The notes under the pieces were generated by a model that did no database searches, was not told where the DNA came from, and was given only the letters and a program-made list of their open reading frames with translations. From Octopus vulgaris (Eukaryota), in contig OX597827.1 of assembly GCA_951406725.2 (NCBI GenBank), positions 21,328,001 to 21,392,000 on the forward strand: 64,000 nt of DNA, written 5' to 3'. This document shows positions 48,891 through 61,380 of the stretch, in pieces. Every line of letters starts with the position of its first letter. Within the stretch, counting starts at the first letter, position 1. Both the position numbers and the translations under genes were made by a program.

Positions 48891-50902
48891 TGATAATTTT
48901 TTTATTTAAAAAAATTTTTTCGACTTTCTTCACATTCTCTGAGGGTATCCACATATATATATCAATATTTTGGTGAATAAGAAAATGATATATTAAGATA
49001 TATTTGAATCTTTAGTTGTTTTTTGATAGAAGCAACAAATCTTTCTTGAAATTCTACCATAGACCCTCCCGCCATTCACCCACAGCCTGTACAAATATCG
49101 AGCCTCGGACATTAACACCCTGAAAGACAATTACCCCTGAGGACAGCAGATGATTATTTAAAACTTCTGAATATTTTGGAGAGGGGGTAATTAACCAAAG
49201 GAGTAATTATCCTAGGGGGTAGTTGTCGTGGTGGGAGGAACGTGGGGGTAATATATCACATGCTTTGTGGTATTTCGTCTGGTCGACTTTGCCTTTCATC
49301 CTTTCGGGGTCGAAAAATTTAGGACCAGTTACGCACTGGGGTCGATATAATCGACTTAATCAGTTTGTCTCTCCTTGTTTGTCCTCTCTGTGTTTAGCCC
49401 CTTGTGGGTAGTAAAGAAATGGGTAATATATCACAGGTGTCACTAATGTGGCCTGCTAGAAATAGCAGTCAGATTTCCTTAAAACCTCACTACAGCCATA
49501 CAAATAATGTGAGACTAATTTGTGCAACGTACTATTTACATGCATGATACCCGAGAAAAAGATGAGACGAGCAACGCTGGAATGTTTTTGATCATAGGTT
49601 TGTTCAAACAGGACTGACCTAGGGCTATAAAAAAAAAGAACTATCGACTACTACTACGACGACGACGACGGTTATCACGACGGCAGCGGTGGTGGCGGCG
49701 ATGACGACGGCAACAAAGACGCTCAGTTTTTCGTGGAGAAAATCGCAATCCCTGCTTTGATATCGGACAAAATATCTTTCCTCTGGTTAAAACAAACTCA
49801 GCAAGTGGACCTTTATTCCAACGAATCAACTGTAACCAACTGCGCTGCCGTATCTATTATATATGTTGTTGCCTCTCATCTCTCCAACGAAATCCCTAGT
49901 CTTTTGGTCTATGTTTCAACGAGGCTGACATTATTTTAGCCATGTTTGTTTATACGGTAAGAAAAATGCTTTACTTTATAAATCAAAAATTCTCAAACAA
50001 TCCTTTTCTTTTGTTTTTGGTGGTGTTAACAACAACAACAGCCGTTCTTCACTGTTGAAACAACACGGCTTCGGGATATGGTTCTATTTTGCAATTATCC
50101 AACTCGTTGCTGGCGTATTAGAAGCATTTCAAGCAACGGTTTTCGAGGGCAGGGCCCCGGCAGAATCGTTAGGGGTGTCGGACGACATCGCTAGAGGAAT
50201 TTCTGTGGGTCAGAGTTCAAACTGCACCAAGATCAGCGCAATTTCCCGGGATCGATAAAATAAAGTACGAATCAAGTTCTGGGGTTGATTTGTGCCTATT
50301 GAGGACCGACTAAGATGTCCTTTGGAAAACCGATTGATATTTACTTGAAGATTCTTTTATAAGACATCTTTATGCAAATAAATATGTTTAGCTTTACATC
50401 AATGCCAGATCCTGTATTCCTTGTGTTTGGTCAAACAGTGGCGTTCAACATTTTTTTTAATATAAACTGTTACCTAATATTTTTAAATAAGAACGAAAAC
50501 AACGGAATAAAGAAATCTCACCGGAAACTTTTTTTTTCCTCCAAGTGCCGGCCACTGGGTATTACTTTTATAATTTTGATTTTAAAATCTTTAATGAAAA
50601 CGGACAAACACCGATTTTTCGTTTTTAACTTTTCCCGAAAATTCTTTTGAGATTTCACGTTTAAAAAATACAAAGATTTCGATTTTTACGATTCTGAATT
50701 TTTCTTGGCGTATTCAGATAGTCACTCTCAGGCCGAGATGTAAAAGGGGTGGACAATTTACTCTGGCCTATTATGTTTATTAATGAAAGGGGGGAGGATT
50801 CCAAGAGTGCCTTTGTTCCTGAGTACTGTGAACTCTTGCTATGACATTGCCATATGATTAACACATTTGATTTATCCTCACATTGTTCTTGATTCAATCT
50901 CA

Positions 50903-51357
50903 TTTAACCTTTTTATACCAAACCACCCGAGACCACCCCTCCTGGTCCTATGTTACAAACCCCTGTTTTAAAGTGAGCTAAATTAAGATCTTCAATCGAA
51001 ATTTCATGTTAATTTATGTTCCAAACAACAGATTAATAATGGTTTCATATTTTGACTTGCGTCCAGCAGTTTTAAGGGGAGGGGATAAGTTGATTAATTA
51101 ACCCCTGTCCTCAACTGGAACTTATTCTATTGACCTCAAAAGACGAAAGGCAAAGTTGGCGTCGGTGGCATTTAAAGTCAGAACACAAGATGGATAAAAT
51201 GCTGCCAAGCATTTTGCCTGGCATGGTAACAATTCTGTCAGCTCACCACAACAGCAGATTAATAATAACAATGTTATATAACTAAATTCTTCATTATTTC
51301 AAAATAACTGAAACAATAGCAGTGTATTCCAACAGATATATGGTAACAAAAGGGTAA
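50903..51357. mobile_element. TTAA-bounded piggyBac-like MITE with nested SINE A fragment; sister copy ~25311-25522
   Basis: TTAACCTTTT..AAAAGGGTAA ends; CTGGTCCTATG.TACAAAC and GTTCCAAACA.CAG.TTAATAATG shared with the 25.3 kb copy. Confidence 0.55.
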
Positions 51358-52431
51358 ATGGTTCTTTGAGTTAGATTTGGCAGACACCATGTGGAAACAC
51401 TTCCAATGGATTGTCCCTGTTAATGGGTGGCAGGCATAATCTGTACATGATTTAACACAATCACAGTCCATGGCAGAGTTCACAGTGTTGGGACCATTCA
51501 GGCCAGGTACCCACCCTGATTCAATATCTTGGTACATTGTTTTCTAAACCAGTAGCATGCACGTTGTGCTTTCACAAACCCCAGTTTTAGACGTTGGGCA
51601 AAAAGATTTGGGCTGTTGCTCTTCTTCCTCAGCTTACCACTTAAAAACAAAATGGTTTCAGCTCAATTCAGTGCATTTTTGATGGTGACTCAGACTGTTG
51701 TTTATCTATCTCTTCTGTAATATTACGGAGATATACATAAACCTATACATGATATATATATATCATCATCATCGCTTAACATCGATTTTCCATGCTGGCT
51801 AGGGGTTGGACGGTTCGATTGGGGTATGGGAAGCCAGGATGCTGCACCAGGTCCCTATCTGATCTGGCAGTGTTTCTACATCTGGATGCCCTTCCTAATG
51901 CCAACCACTCCAAGAGCGTAGCGGGTGCTTTTTACATGCCTCCAGCACAGGGGCCAGAGGAGCTGGCATCGACCACGATCGGATGGTGATTTTTATGTGC
52001 CACTGGCACGGAAGCCAGTCAAAGTGGCACTGGCATCGGCCAGCACTCCGTTGATTATGATGACGAAGGTTCTAGTTGATCCAATCAACGGAACAGCCTG
52101 CTCATGAAATTAACGTGCAAGTGGCTGAGCACTCCACAGACACATATACCCTTAACATAGTTCTTGGGGAGATTCAGCATGACACAGAGTATGACAAGGC
52201 TGGCCCTTTGAAATAGAGGTACAAGAGAAACAGGAAGAAAGAGTGAGAGAAAGTTGTGGTGAAGGAGTACAGCAGGGTTTGCCACCCCTGCTTCCCGGGG
52301 CTTTGTGGAGCTTTAGGTGTTTTCACTCAATAAAAACTCACCATGCCTGGTCTGGGAATCAAAACCACAATCCTACGACCACGAGTCCGCTGCCCTAACC
52401 ACTGAGCCATTGCATCTTCATACACACACAT

Positions 52432-53145
52432 ATAAAATGAGACAACAAAGCCAAGGATGTGTGGAATTTTCAGGACATTTATGAAGAGAAAGTTAGTCTT
52501 ACAGCCATTTCTGGGATATTAGGAATATTCCTTCATCAGAGACGATGTGAGATGGTTAAATAGAGGGAAATATTAGGGTTCAATATGAGGAGTTATTTTG
52601 GAAAAGGAAGCAAGACCCCTTTGAATGATCAGCACATGGAATTTATGTCTCCACACTTTCCATTTATGATGGCAAATATGAACTCCTATTGAAATTTACA
52701 CACCATGGACAGGAAGCATTTCTACCACTTCTACACACCACTTTCCTTGGATAATGGAACTGTAATTATAACATGTTTATTTTCATTTCTACAGACATTC
52801 TCCTATTTCCCTATATACTCCTTATTTCCACTCTTTTCCAAAATAACTCCTCATATTGAACTCTAATATTTCCCCCTATTTAACCATCTCACATCGTCTC
52901 TGATGAAGGAATATTCCTAATATCCCAGAAATGGCTGTAAGACTAACTTTCTCTTCATAAATGTCCTGAAAATTCCACACATCCTTGGCTTTCTTGTCTC
53001 ATTTTATCTAACATATAGATGCTCATACAAGACCTGCATCAGACTCCTCACTTTTATCATTATCGAACCGAGAGTTTAACTACAGTCCTTCCATAGCACT
53101 TACATAGCGTTACCTGCCACCTTGAGTCTTCTGAATGCCAATACC
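52432..53145. mobile_element. Inverted pseudo-LTR pair (175-bp arms) with a hammerhead in each arm
   Basis: Arms 52432-52606 and 52833-53007; right arm extends to ~53145 and matches 59360-59545. Confidence 0.85.
52896..52943 (+). ncRNA. Minimal type-I hammerhead ribozyme with intact core; mirror copy 52496-52543 on minus
   Basis: GUCU CUGAUGA A GGAAUAUU-CCU-AAUAUCCC A GAAA UGGCUG UA AGAC; predicted cleavage after GUA (52939). Confidence 0.75.
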
Positions 53146-53189
53146 TTTCATATATATATGTGTGTGAGTTATATGTGTGTGTGTATATG

Positions 53190-53238
<49 letters not shown>

Positions 53239-53639
53239 CAACATCATTTAATGCTTTGTACCTGTTCTATGTTCAAATCTGCGAGATTTGGCCTCTCACA
53301 CATACTCTACAATGGCATTCTAAAAATAAACAAACTCATTGACATTTTGAAGCTATGAGATAATGCATGATTAATTCAAAACTAAATAAATAGGCATTAC
53401 TTTTGACAATAATCCAAATGGTGGCATGTTGGATCAGAGCCAGGGAGCAGACATAAGTATACATGTATAAATATATATGTAATGTGTTGTGTGTGTGTGT
53501 GTGTCTAAAATGTGGCATAGAGTATTGACAAAGAAGCATACAGAGAAACAGAAAAACCCCACACAATGGGTTGCAGACATGCTCCATCCTCCATCAGTTG
53601 TCAACCAAATATCATCACAGTTTTGACATCTTCTGGCTG

Positions 53640-53901
53640 ATATATATATATATATTTCTATTTATATGTATGTATATATATATTTATATGTATATATATT
53701 TCTATTTATATGTATGTATATATATATTTATATATATATATATTTCTATTTATATGTATGTATATATTTATATGTATATATATATATATTTTTCTATTTA
53801 TATATATGTATATATTTATATGTATATATATATATATTTTTCTATTTATATATATGTATATATTTATATGTATATATATATATATATTTTCTATTTATAT
53901 G

Positions 53902-53946
<45 letters not shown>

Positions 53947-54124
53947 TTATGTATATGTATATATTTATATATATTACTATTTATATGTATATATATATAT
54001 TTATATATATTACTATTTATATGTATATATATATATTTATATATATTACTATTTATATGTATATATATATATATTTATATGTATATATATATATATTATA
54101 TGTATATATATATATATTTATATG

Positions 54125-54191
<67 letters not shown>

Positions 54192-54228
54192 ATATATGTA
54201 TATATTTATATATGTATATGTATATATA
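53640..54228. repeat. Long compound (TA)n-derived low-complexity tract
   Basis: Directly visible. Confidence 0.95.
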
Positions 54229-54830
54229 TCATCATCATCATCATCATCATCGTTTAGCATCCGTTTTCCATGCTAGCATGGGCTGGACGGTTCAACTGGG
54301 GTCTGTGAAGCCAGAAGTGTAGTGTAGTGGGTGCTTTTTACGTGCCACCCGCACAGGTGCCAGACAGAGCTGACAAACGGCCACGAACGGATGGTGATTT
54401 TATGTGTCACTGGCACGGGGGCTAGGCGAGGCTGGCAACGGACACGAACGGATGGTGCTTTTTACGTGCCACCGGCATGAGGCCAGTCGGGGCGGCGCTG
54501 GCAACGGTCATGAATGGATGGTTCTTTTACATGCCACCGGCACTTGTAACTCATCTGCAATTTCCATTGATCGATTTCGATTCTGATCCTCACTTGCCTC
54601 AACAGGTCTTCACAAGTAGAGTTTTGTGTCCCAAGAAGGGAAGGTATGCATACGTAAGCTGGCTCCATCCCATGTAGAAGGCCACGGGTTATGGTCTCAC
54701 TTGTCCTGCCGGGTCTTCTCGCGCACAGCACACTTCCAGAGGTCTCGGTCTCTAGTCATTTCCTCAGTGAGACCTAAAGTTCGAAGGTCGTGCATCACCA
54801 CCTCATCCCAGGTTTTCCTGGGTCTGCCTC
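54229..54830 (-). mobile_element. RTE-clade LINE 3' end with (TGA)n tail
   Basis: Minus-strand GRPRKTWDEVV.HDL..LGLTEEMT.DRDLWK then 3' UTR; source of family C fragments at ~2050, ~51765, ~56740 and ~59640. Confidence 0.8.
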
Positions 54831-54859
54831 ATATATATATATATATACTGATATGTATA

Positions 54860-56551
54860 TTTATCGGACATAACCTTTGGCGCTCCTGATGTCTTAGCAG
54901 CAATAAAGGAAATGAAGCATAATTCAGCAGTAGGTCCCGATAGGTTCCCTGCTTGTGTCTTGAAGATGTGTCAAAACCAACTTGCACCCCCTCTAGCCAA
55001 TCTGTGGCAGAACTCACTGGATACTGGATATATACCAGAAGACCTTCTATCCCAGTCTGTTGTCCCAGTTTTCAAAAAAGGAAACAAATCGCTTGCTGTG
55101 AATTACCGTATAATCTCACTCACCTCTCATATCATTAAGGTATTTGAGAGAGTGCTGAGATCACGTATGACTCACTTCCTTGAGAGTCATAATATGCTGA
55201 ATACCAACCAGCATGGATTCCGTAATGGAAGAGATTGCCTGACGCAGCTACTGCATCATTTTGATGACATTTTGAGGGCCTTGGGAGAGGGTTCCAACAC
55301 TGATGTCATCTACCTTGATTTCAGCAAGGCCTTTGACAGGGTTGACCATAAGATCCTTTTGAGAAAGCTGTCCAATATTGGTGTCACTGGAAAGCTGCTG
55401 CAGTGGATCAAGTACTTCCTGTCTAACAGAACCCAACATGTTGTAGTCGAAGGAGTTAAATCCAGCCCAGCCAAAGTCAGCAGTGGTGTCCCACAAGGCA
55501 CTGTGTTGGGCCCACTTCTCTTCATCATCTACATAAATGATATTACTGACACCATCAAACACAGTAACATCAGAACCTTCGCTGATGATTCCAAGCTCCA
55601 GAAGGTCATCAATGGCATGGATGACCGAATAAGCCTTCAGTCAGACCTACTGGCTGTTGTCCAATGGGCGGAAAAGAACAACATGTTGCTAAACGAAGAC
55701 AAATTCGAACTGATCCACTTTGGAGGGGAGGACGCTCTGAAACTCCCATACTCTCTTCCTTCTGGAGAAATTCTCATGGCATCCAACAACATCAGAGACC
55801 TGGGAGTAACAGTGGACAACAACATAAGCTGGGCTACACATATAAGCAGCAAAGTTGACATGGCCTGCAGAATGTGTTCCTGGATTCTCAGAACCTTTCA
55901 GTCGAGAGATTCCCATACTATTATCCTTCTCTTCTCCACTTTTGCCCGACCCCACCTTGAATACTGCTGTCCACTGTGGTCTCCCTACACAAAACAAAAT
56001 ATTATGAGAATTGAAGCTCCCCAAAGGTCAATCACAAAAAAGATAGATGGCATGTCAGACCTTGACTACTGGGGTAGACTAGAGAAGCTGAAACTGTATT
56101 CACTCCAACGACGCCGTGAACACTACATTATCTGTATGATGTGGAAAATATTCCATCAGCACTCTCCAAATGATGTTGGCATCACCTTCAAAATACATCC
56201 AAGGCTTGGACCACGTGCCATCCGTCCACAACAAAAATCTAAATTGCATCACATAACGACAATACGGCACAATTATTTCACCTCAATTGGACCCGCTCTC
56301 TTCAACATTACACCAGGACACGTCAAAACAGAAACTGACCACACAAAATTCAAGAAGTCTTTGGACAAATTCCTTCAAACAGTCCCGAACAAACCACCCA
56401 CACTCGGATATGTCTCCGCAAACAATAACTATCTGCTTGAATGGGCCTCGGTGCCCAAATCCTGAATTGAAAGACTTCGCCAGGTGGTGCTATTAAGTTA
56501 GACATGGCCTGGGCCAATACTGGCCAAAACCTTTCTAAGTTATTCTAAGTT
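54860..56551 (+). mobile_element. 5'-truncated CR1/L2-group LINE with uninterrupted RT ORF (54912-56465)
   Basis: NYR.ISLTS, QHGFR, YLDFSKAFD.V.H, SGVPQGTVLGPLLF..YIND, FADDSKL, RDLGV, RPHLEYC; TTCTAAGTTA tandem tail; flanked by (TA)n. Confidence 0.92.
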
Positions 56552-56586
56552 ATATGTATATTTATATTTATATGTATATTTATATA

Positions 56587-56641
<55 letters not shown>

Positions 56642-56648
56642 GTATATT

Positions 56649-56680
<32 letters not shown>

Positions 56681-57391
56681 TGTATATTTATATATATATA
56701 TATATACATATATGTATATTTATATATATATATATATATACATCATCATCATCATCATCATCATTTAACGACCGCTTTCCATGCTAGCATGGGTTGGACG
56801 GTTCAACTGGGGTCTGGGGAGCCCGAAGGCTGCACCAGGCCAGTCAGATCTGGCAGTGTTTCTACAGCTGGATGCCCTTCCTAATGCCAACCACTCCGAG
56901 AGTGTAGTGGTAAGTTCGTTTAGAATTACTTATCCAGTCAAGCGGAAAATACACTCCCTAACTATGTGCTAAAAAGCTATTTAAAATATCCACATGACGT
57001 CTACTGACCAGCCTGAACAATAAGAATTTTCAACAACACTATTTTCGAAAATTCTAAACATTCATGTGACCTCTTTATTATGGCCAATAAGAAATTTTAG
57101 GCAGGACACTAGCCAAATTTTAACTTCTCTGGAGCCTTTTTTCTTTCCCCAACACCAACTTCCATTCAAACATTCAAGTGACCCCTTCATAATGACCAAT
57201 CAAAATTTTAGGCGCGAAACCAAGCAAATCCAAAACAACTCTGGAGCCTCTTTTTTTCACATATAAGAGACAGACTCTAATCTCTCTTTTATATTTTGAT
57301 AAGCATAACAAATGCGCAACCGGTAAAAAGAACTTTCACCTAATTAAATTACTTAAATTACTTCAATTATTTGTCAGCATTTTCTTCTTTT

Positions 57392-57434
<43 letters not shown>

Positions 57435-57528
57435 ATCCAAACAAGAAAACAAAAAAAAACACAGCAACGCGAGGACGTGGAACAAATAAAGTATTATTGG
57501 ACGCTCAGGAAAGAAGGGAAGAAGGAGG

Positions 57529-57563
57529 GTTTAACGTTTCGAGCGGAGTTCTTCGTCGGAAAC
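57529..57563 (-). ncRNA. Minimal hammerhead-like motif (U4C variant) within repeat 57430-57635
   Basis: GUUU CCGACGA A GAAC-UCC-GCUC GAAA CG UU AAAC. Confidence 0.55.
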
Positions 57564-57682
57564 AAAGGAGAAGGAAAGATCCCGAGAAGGGAAGACAGAG
57601 GAAAAAAAATTGCTGGCGGTGCTCACAAGGTCACATATATATATATATATATATTTACATATATTTATATTTATCTATTTAA

Positions 57683-57777
<95 letters not shown>

Positions 57778-57779
<2 letters not shown>

Positions 57780-58018
57780 AAATAGTAAAAAGTGAAAAAA
57801 CTACAGAAGGCTTGTTTTAAAAGGTTAAAAAATATATATGTGAGTCATTATGTCAAAAGAATGTTATAAATTTTTTTCTTATAGTGACATAGTTTTTCAA
57901 AAACTATGTCACTATGTGAAAAAAATTTATAACATTCTTCTGATATAATGACTCAAATATATATTTTTTAACCTTTTAAAACAAGCCTTCTGTAGTTTTT
58001 TCACTTTTTACTATTTTC
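57778..58018. repeat. Near-perfect palindrome (~119-bp arms)
   Basis: Centre ..GACATAGTTTTTCAAAAACTATGTC.. at ~57898. Confidence 0.92.
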
Positions 58019-58089
58019 TATTTATTCAACCACGTGCTTTCACACACCAACTTTCTCACCTATATATATATATATATATTTACATATCA

Positions 58090-58451
58090 ACAATTGAGGG
58101 TAAAATTAATTAGTTATTAATCAATTTCACCAAGTAGTGTTCAGTATGTAAAAGGACCATTTAAGGCGAATTTAAAATATTACATTATATAATTAGGGCT
58201 TAGAAAAATAAATTACTTTGCCACATACTGAACTTTCTAGAAATAGCAGCCAAAAAGTTTCTTAGCCATTTCCACTACTTTAAGAAAATTTCTCTCAGAT
58301 AATGTTTACTCATAAATAAACATTATCTGAGAGAAATTTTCTTAAAGTAGTGGAAATGGCTAAGAAACTTTTGGCTGCTATTTCTAGAAAGTTCAGTATG
58401 TGGCAAAGTAATTTATTTTACTAAGCCCTAATTATATAATGTAATATTTTT
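58090..58451. repeat. Near-perfect palindrome (~135-bp arms, 58173-58451) with one-sided extension
   Basis: Centre CAGATAATGTTTA-CTCATAAA-TAAACATTATCTG. Confidence 0.92.
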
Positions 58452-58481
58452 ATATATATTTACATATATTTATATTTATAA

Positions 58482-58520
<39 letters not shown>

Positions 58521-58524
<4 letters not shown>

Positions 58525-58945
58525 GTAATAAATAAAAATATATGCATACATACAAACATATATGTACGTACCTACATCTACATGTATACATACATGCATA
58601 TATAAATAAATATACGTAAGTACAGGTGTTCTTACCCGTTTTACCCCGCTGCTTGGAATTTTATTTTAATTCTCTCGCAGGAAGGCCTAGTTGATGATGT
58701 GTCCTGTCTTGTCTTCGAAACACGCCTGAGTTAACTAGCGACAGCTGATGACGGTGGATTTTTCCTTGTGTAGCATGTCCTGTACTTGTTTTCTTGTTGT
58801 AAAATTTTTGTTTTTCCCGTTTCTACGTCTTGTTGTGGTGTCCTGTACTTACGTATATTTATTTATATATGCATGTATATATACATGTAGATGTAGGTAC
58901 GTACATATGTTTGTATGTATGCATATATTTTTATTTATTACATTA
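58521..58945. repeat. Inverted repeat (~105-bp arms) with ~215-bp spacer
   Basis: Arms 58521-58626 and 58843-58945. Confidence 0.9.
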
Positions 58946-59199
58946 TTGTCTGACAGCGCCTCGCGTCAGGTTCGTTTCGATTTATCGGTTCGTTCCACTT
59001 CTTGTCTCCATTTAATTTTTATATATATATATATATTTACATATACTTATATTTATATATATATATTTAAATGTATATATATATATATATATATATATTT
59101 ACATATCACATATTATTTCTTCATATCAGTGCTTTCAACTACTCCTGTAGTTTCATCAGACATACACACACACACACACATATATATATTTATGCATAT

Positions 59200-59570
59200 A
59201 CATATATAATCATACATAGTATGATTGGTATTCAGAAGACTTGAAGTGGCAGGTAACGCTAAGTAAGTGCTATGGAAGGACCGTAGTTAAACTCTTGGTA
59301 CGATAATGATAAAAGTGAGGAGTCTAATGCAGGTCTTGTACGAGCATCTCTATTTCCCTTCTTAAATGTCCTATAAATTCCACACATCCTTGGCTTTCTT
59401 GTCTCATTTTATCTAACATATAGATGCTCGTACAAAACCTGCATTAGACTCCTCACTTTTATCATTATCGTACCAAGAGTTTAACTACAGTCCTTCCGTA
59501 GCACTTACATAGCGTTACCTGCCACCTTGGGTCTTCTGAATACCAATCATACTATGTATGATTATATATG
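59200..59570. repeat. Inverted repeat (~150-bp arms), same family as 52940-53145
   Basis: Arms ~59200-59349 and ~59422-59570. Confidence 0.9.
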
Positions 59571-60562
59571 TATATGCATGTGTCTCTCTATATAACTACG
59601 TGTTTCTATAGATAATACACAAATGTAAATAGACATATTTCATCATCATCATTATCGTTTAATGTCCGCTTTCCATGCTAGCATGGGTTGGATGATTTGA
59701 CTGAGGGCTGGCGAGCCAGATGGCTGCACCAGGCTCCAATCTTGATCTGGCAGAGTTTCTACTGCTGGATGCCCTTCCTAATGCCAACCACTCCGAGAGT
59801 GTAGTGGGTGCTTTTCATATAATTATTATGATATATATTCTTTTTTTTATTTGTTTCAATCATTTGACTGCGGTCATACTGGAGCACTGCCTTCAGTCAA
59901 GCAAATCGACCCCAGGACTTATTTGTTGTATGCCTAGTACTTAATCTATTGGTATCTTTTTGGTATTACACCAGCATGGGTATCACAACTAGAGTTTCCA
60001 TTTGATTTTTATTTTGATGTTGATGTACTTGACTCAATAGGTCTCCTCAAGCACAGCAGGTTGCCCTATGATCCAAGGTAAGCATAGCAGGCCTTCCTGC
60101 GATCCAAGGTACTTTGAATGGGGTGGGGCTGGTTATGTGAAGCTGGTGTAGGTTACAGCCATGAACTCGCTTTATTTGTCGGGTCGTCGCAGTCAAATAA
60201 CACCCAGAAAAATAAACCTCGTTTGATCACATCCCATGAGAGTATCTTGATCAGCCTATGAACTTTTCAGCTGATCCTCATCTGATATGATATGTGGCTT
60301 AACAGCCCTCACCGTTTGCTTTTACTGTTTTGTTCTCACTGTCATGTTTTTGTTACCACTTTAACCCTCTGCAAAAAGGGGATATGTTTTATTGAAATTA
60401 ATTACAAAATCCTTCAGATTATGTAGATTACGATTAGATTGCTATATAATATCGTGGGTCGGGGGAGAAAAATATATAGAAAATGCAACTTAGAAATCTA
60501 AAAAAATTATTTGGTTTTTCAAGATTCTTTATGTGAATTCGTGTGTTGAAGCATATTTTATT

Positions 60563-60835
60563 GTGTCTGGGAGGAGTCATTCTGTTTAAATGCCCTATTA
60601 ATTATCACACTCACCAGTTCTATTTCCATTCGTTTACTTATTTATTCAATTTTGTTTTTCTAAAATTTTCTTGCAGCATCTTCAATAGTTGCTGATTCTC
60701 AACAACTACTGAAGAGGTTGCAAGAAACAAAGAAAATTTTAAAATAAAACAAAAATTAAATAAGCAAATGAGTGGAAACTGAATCTGTGAGTGTTAATTA
60801 ATAAGGCATTAACACAGAACGACTCTCCACAGAAA
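60563..60835. repeat. Old degenerate palindrome
   Basis: GAGTCATTCTGTTTAAATGCCCTATTAATTATCACACTCAC mirrored by GTGAGTGTTAATTAATAAGGCATTAACACAGAACGACTC. Confidence 0.65.
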
Positions 60836-61029
60836 TGAAAAAAATTTGGTAATATGTGTGCGCGCCCGCCATTCTTTTTTTTTTTTTTTTTCACATTGAT
60901 ATTCCGAGACAGTCGTAATGAATCTCACCTGAAAGGTATTTGGAAAAAAATTTCGTTTAAAAAATATCCATTTTATGAAAGTTATGAGGAAACAAAGTCG
61001 AACGCGGGTCACACTTGAGTAGGTATGCT

Positions 61030-61380
61030 TAATATAAATATAGATCATACAGGTCAGACGTAGCTGTGTGGTAAGAAGTTAGCTTCCCAACATAATTCCG
61101 GGTTCAGTCCCACTGTGTAGCACTTTGAGCGAGTGTATACTACTATGGTCGCGGGCCAACCAAAGGTATGTAGGTAGATTAGACGGAAAATGAAAGCTGC
61201 CTATTGCGCGCGCGTGCCTCTGTGTGTGTGTGTGTGTGTGTTACGTTTCTGTAACATAGCAGTTCGGCAAAACCGATCGATAGAATAAATATCAGGTTTA
61301 AAAAGATATCTTGTTGTCAATTCATTCGACTAAAAATTATTCAACGGGGTGCCCCAGCATGACCGCAGTCTAAAGATAAA
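61030..61380 (+). mobile_element. SINE family B (diverged)
   Basis: Collinear head and tail motifs. Confidence 0.75.

Noticed and set aside
53571-54322. Long ORFs rich in Y/I (also ~33 kb and ~56.6 kb)
   Set aside because: Translations of TA/TG microsatellites, which lack stop codons.
58685-58765. UUGAUGA..GAAAC and CUGAUGA strings in a hairpin spacer
   Set aside because: No supporting stem II or stem I geometry found.
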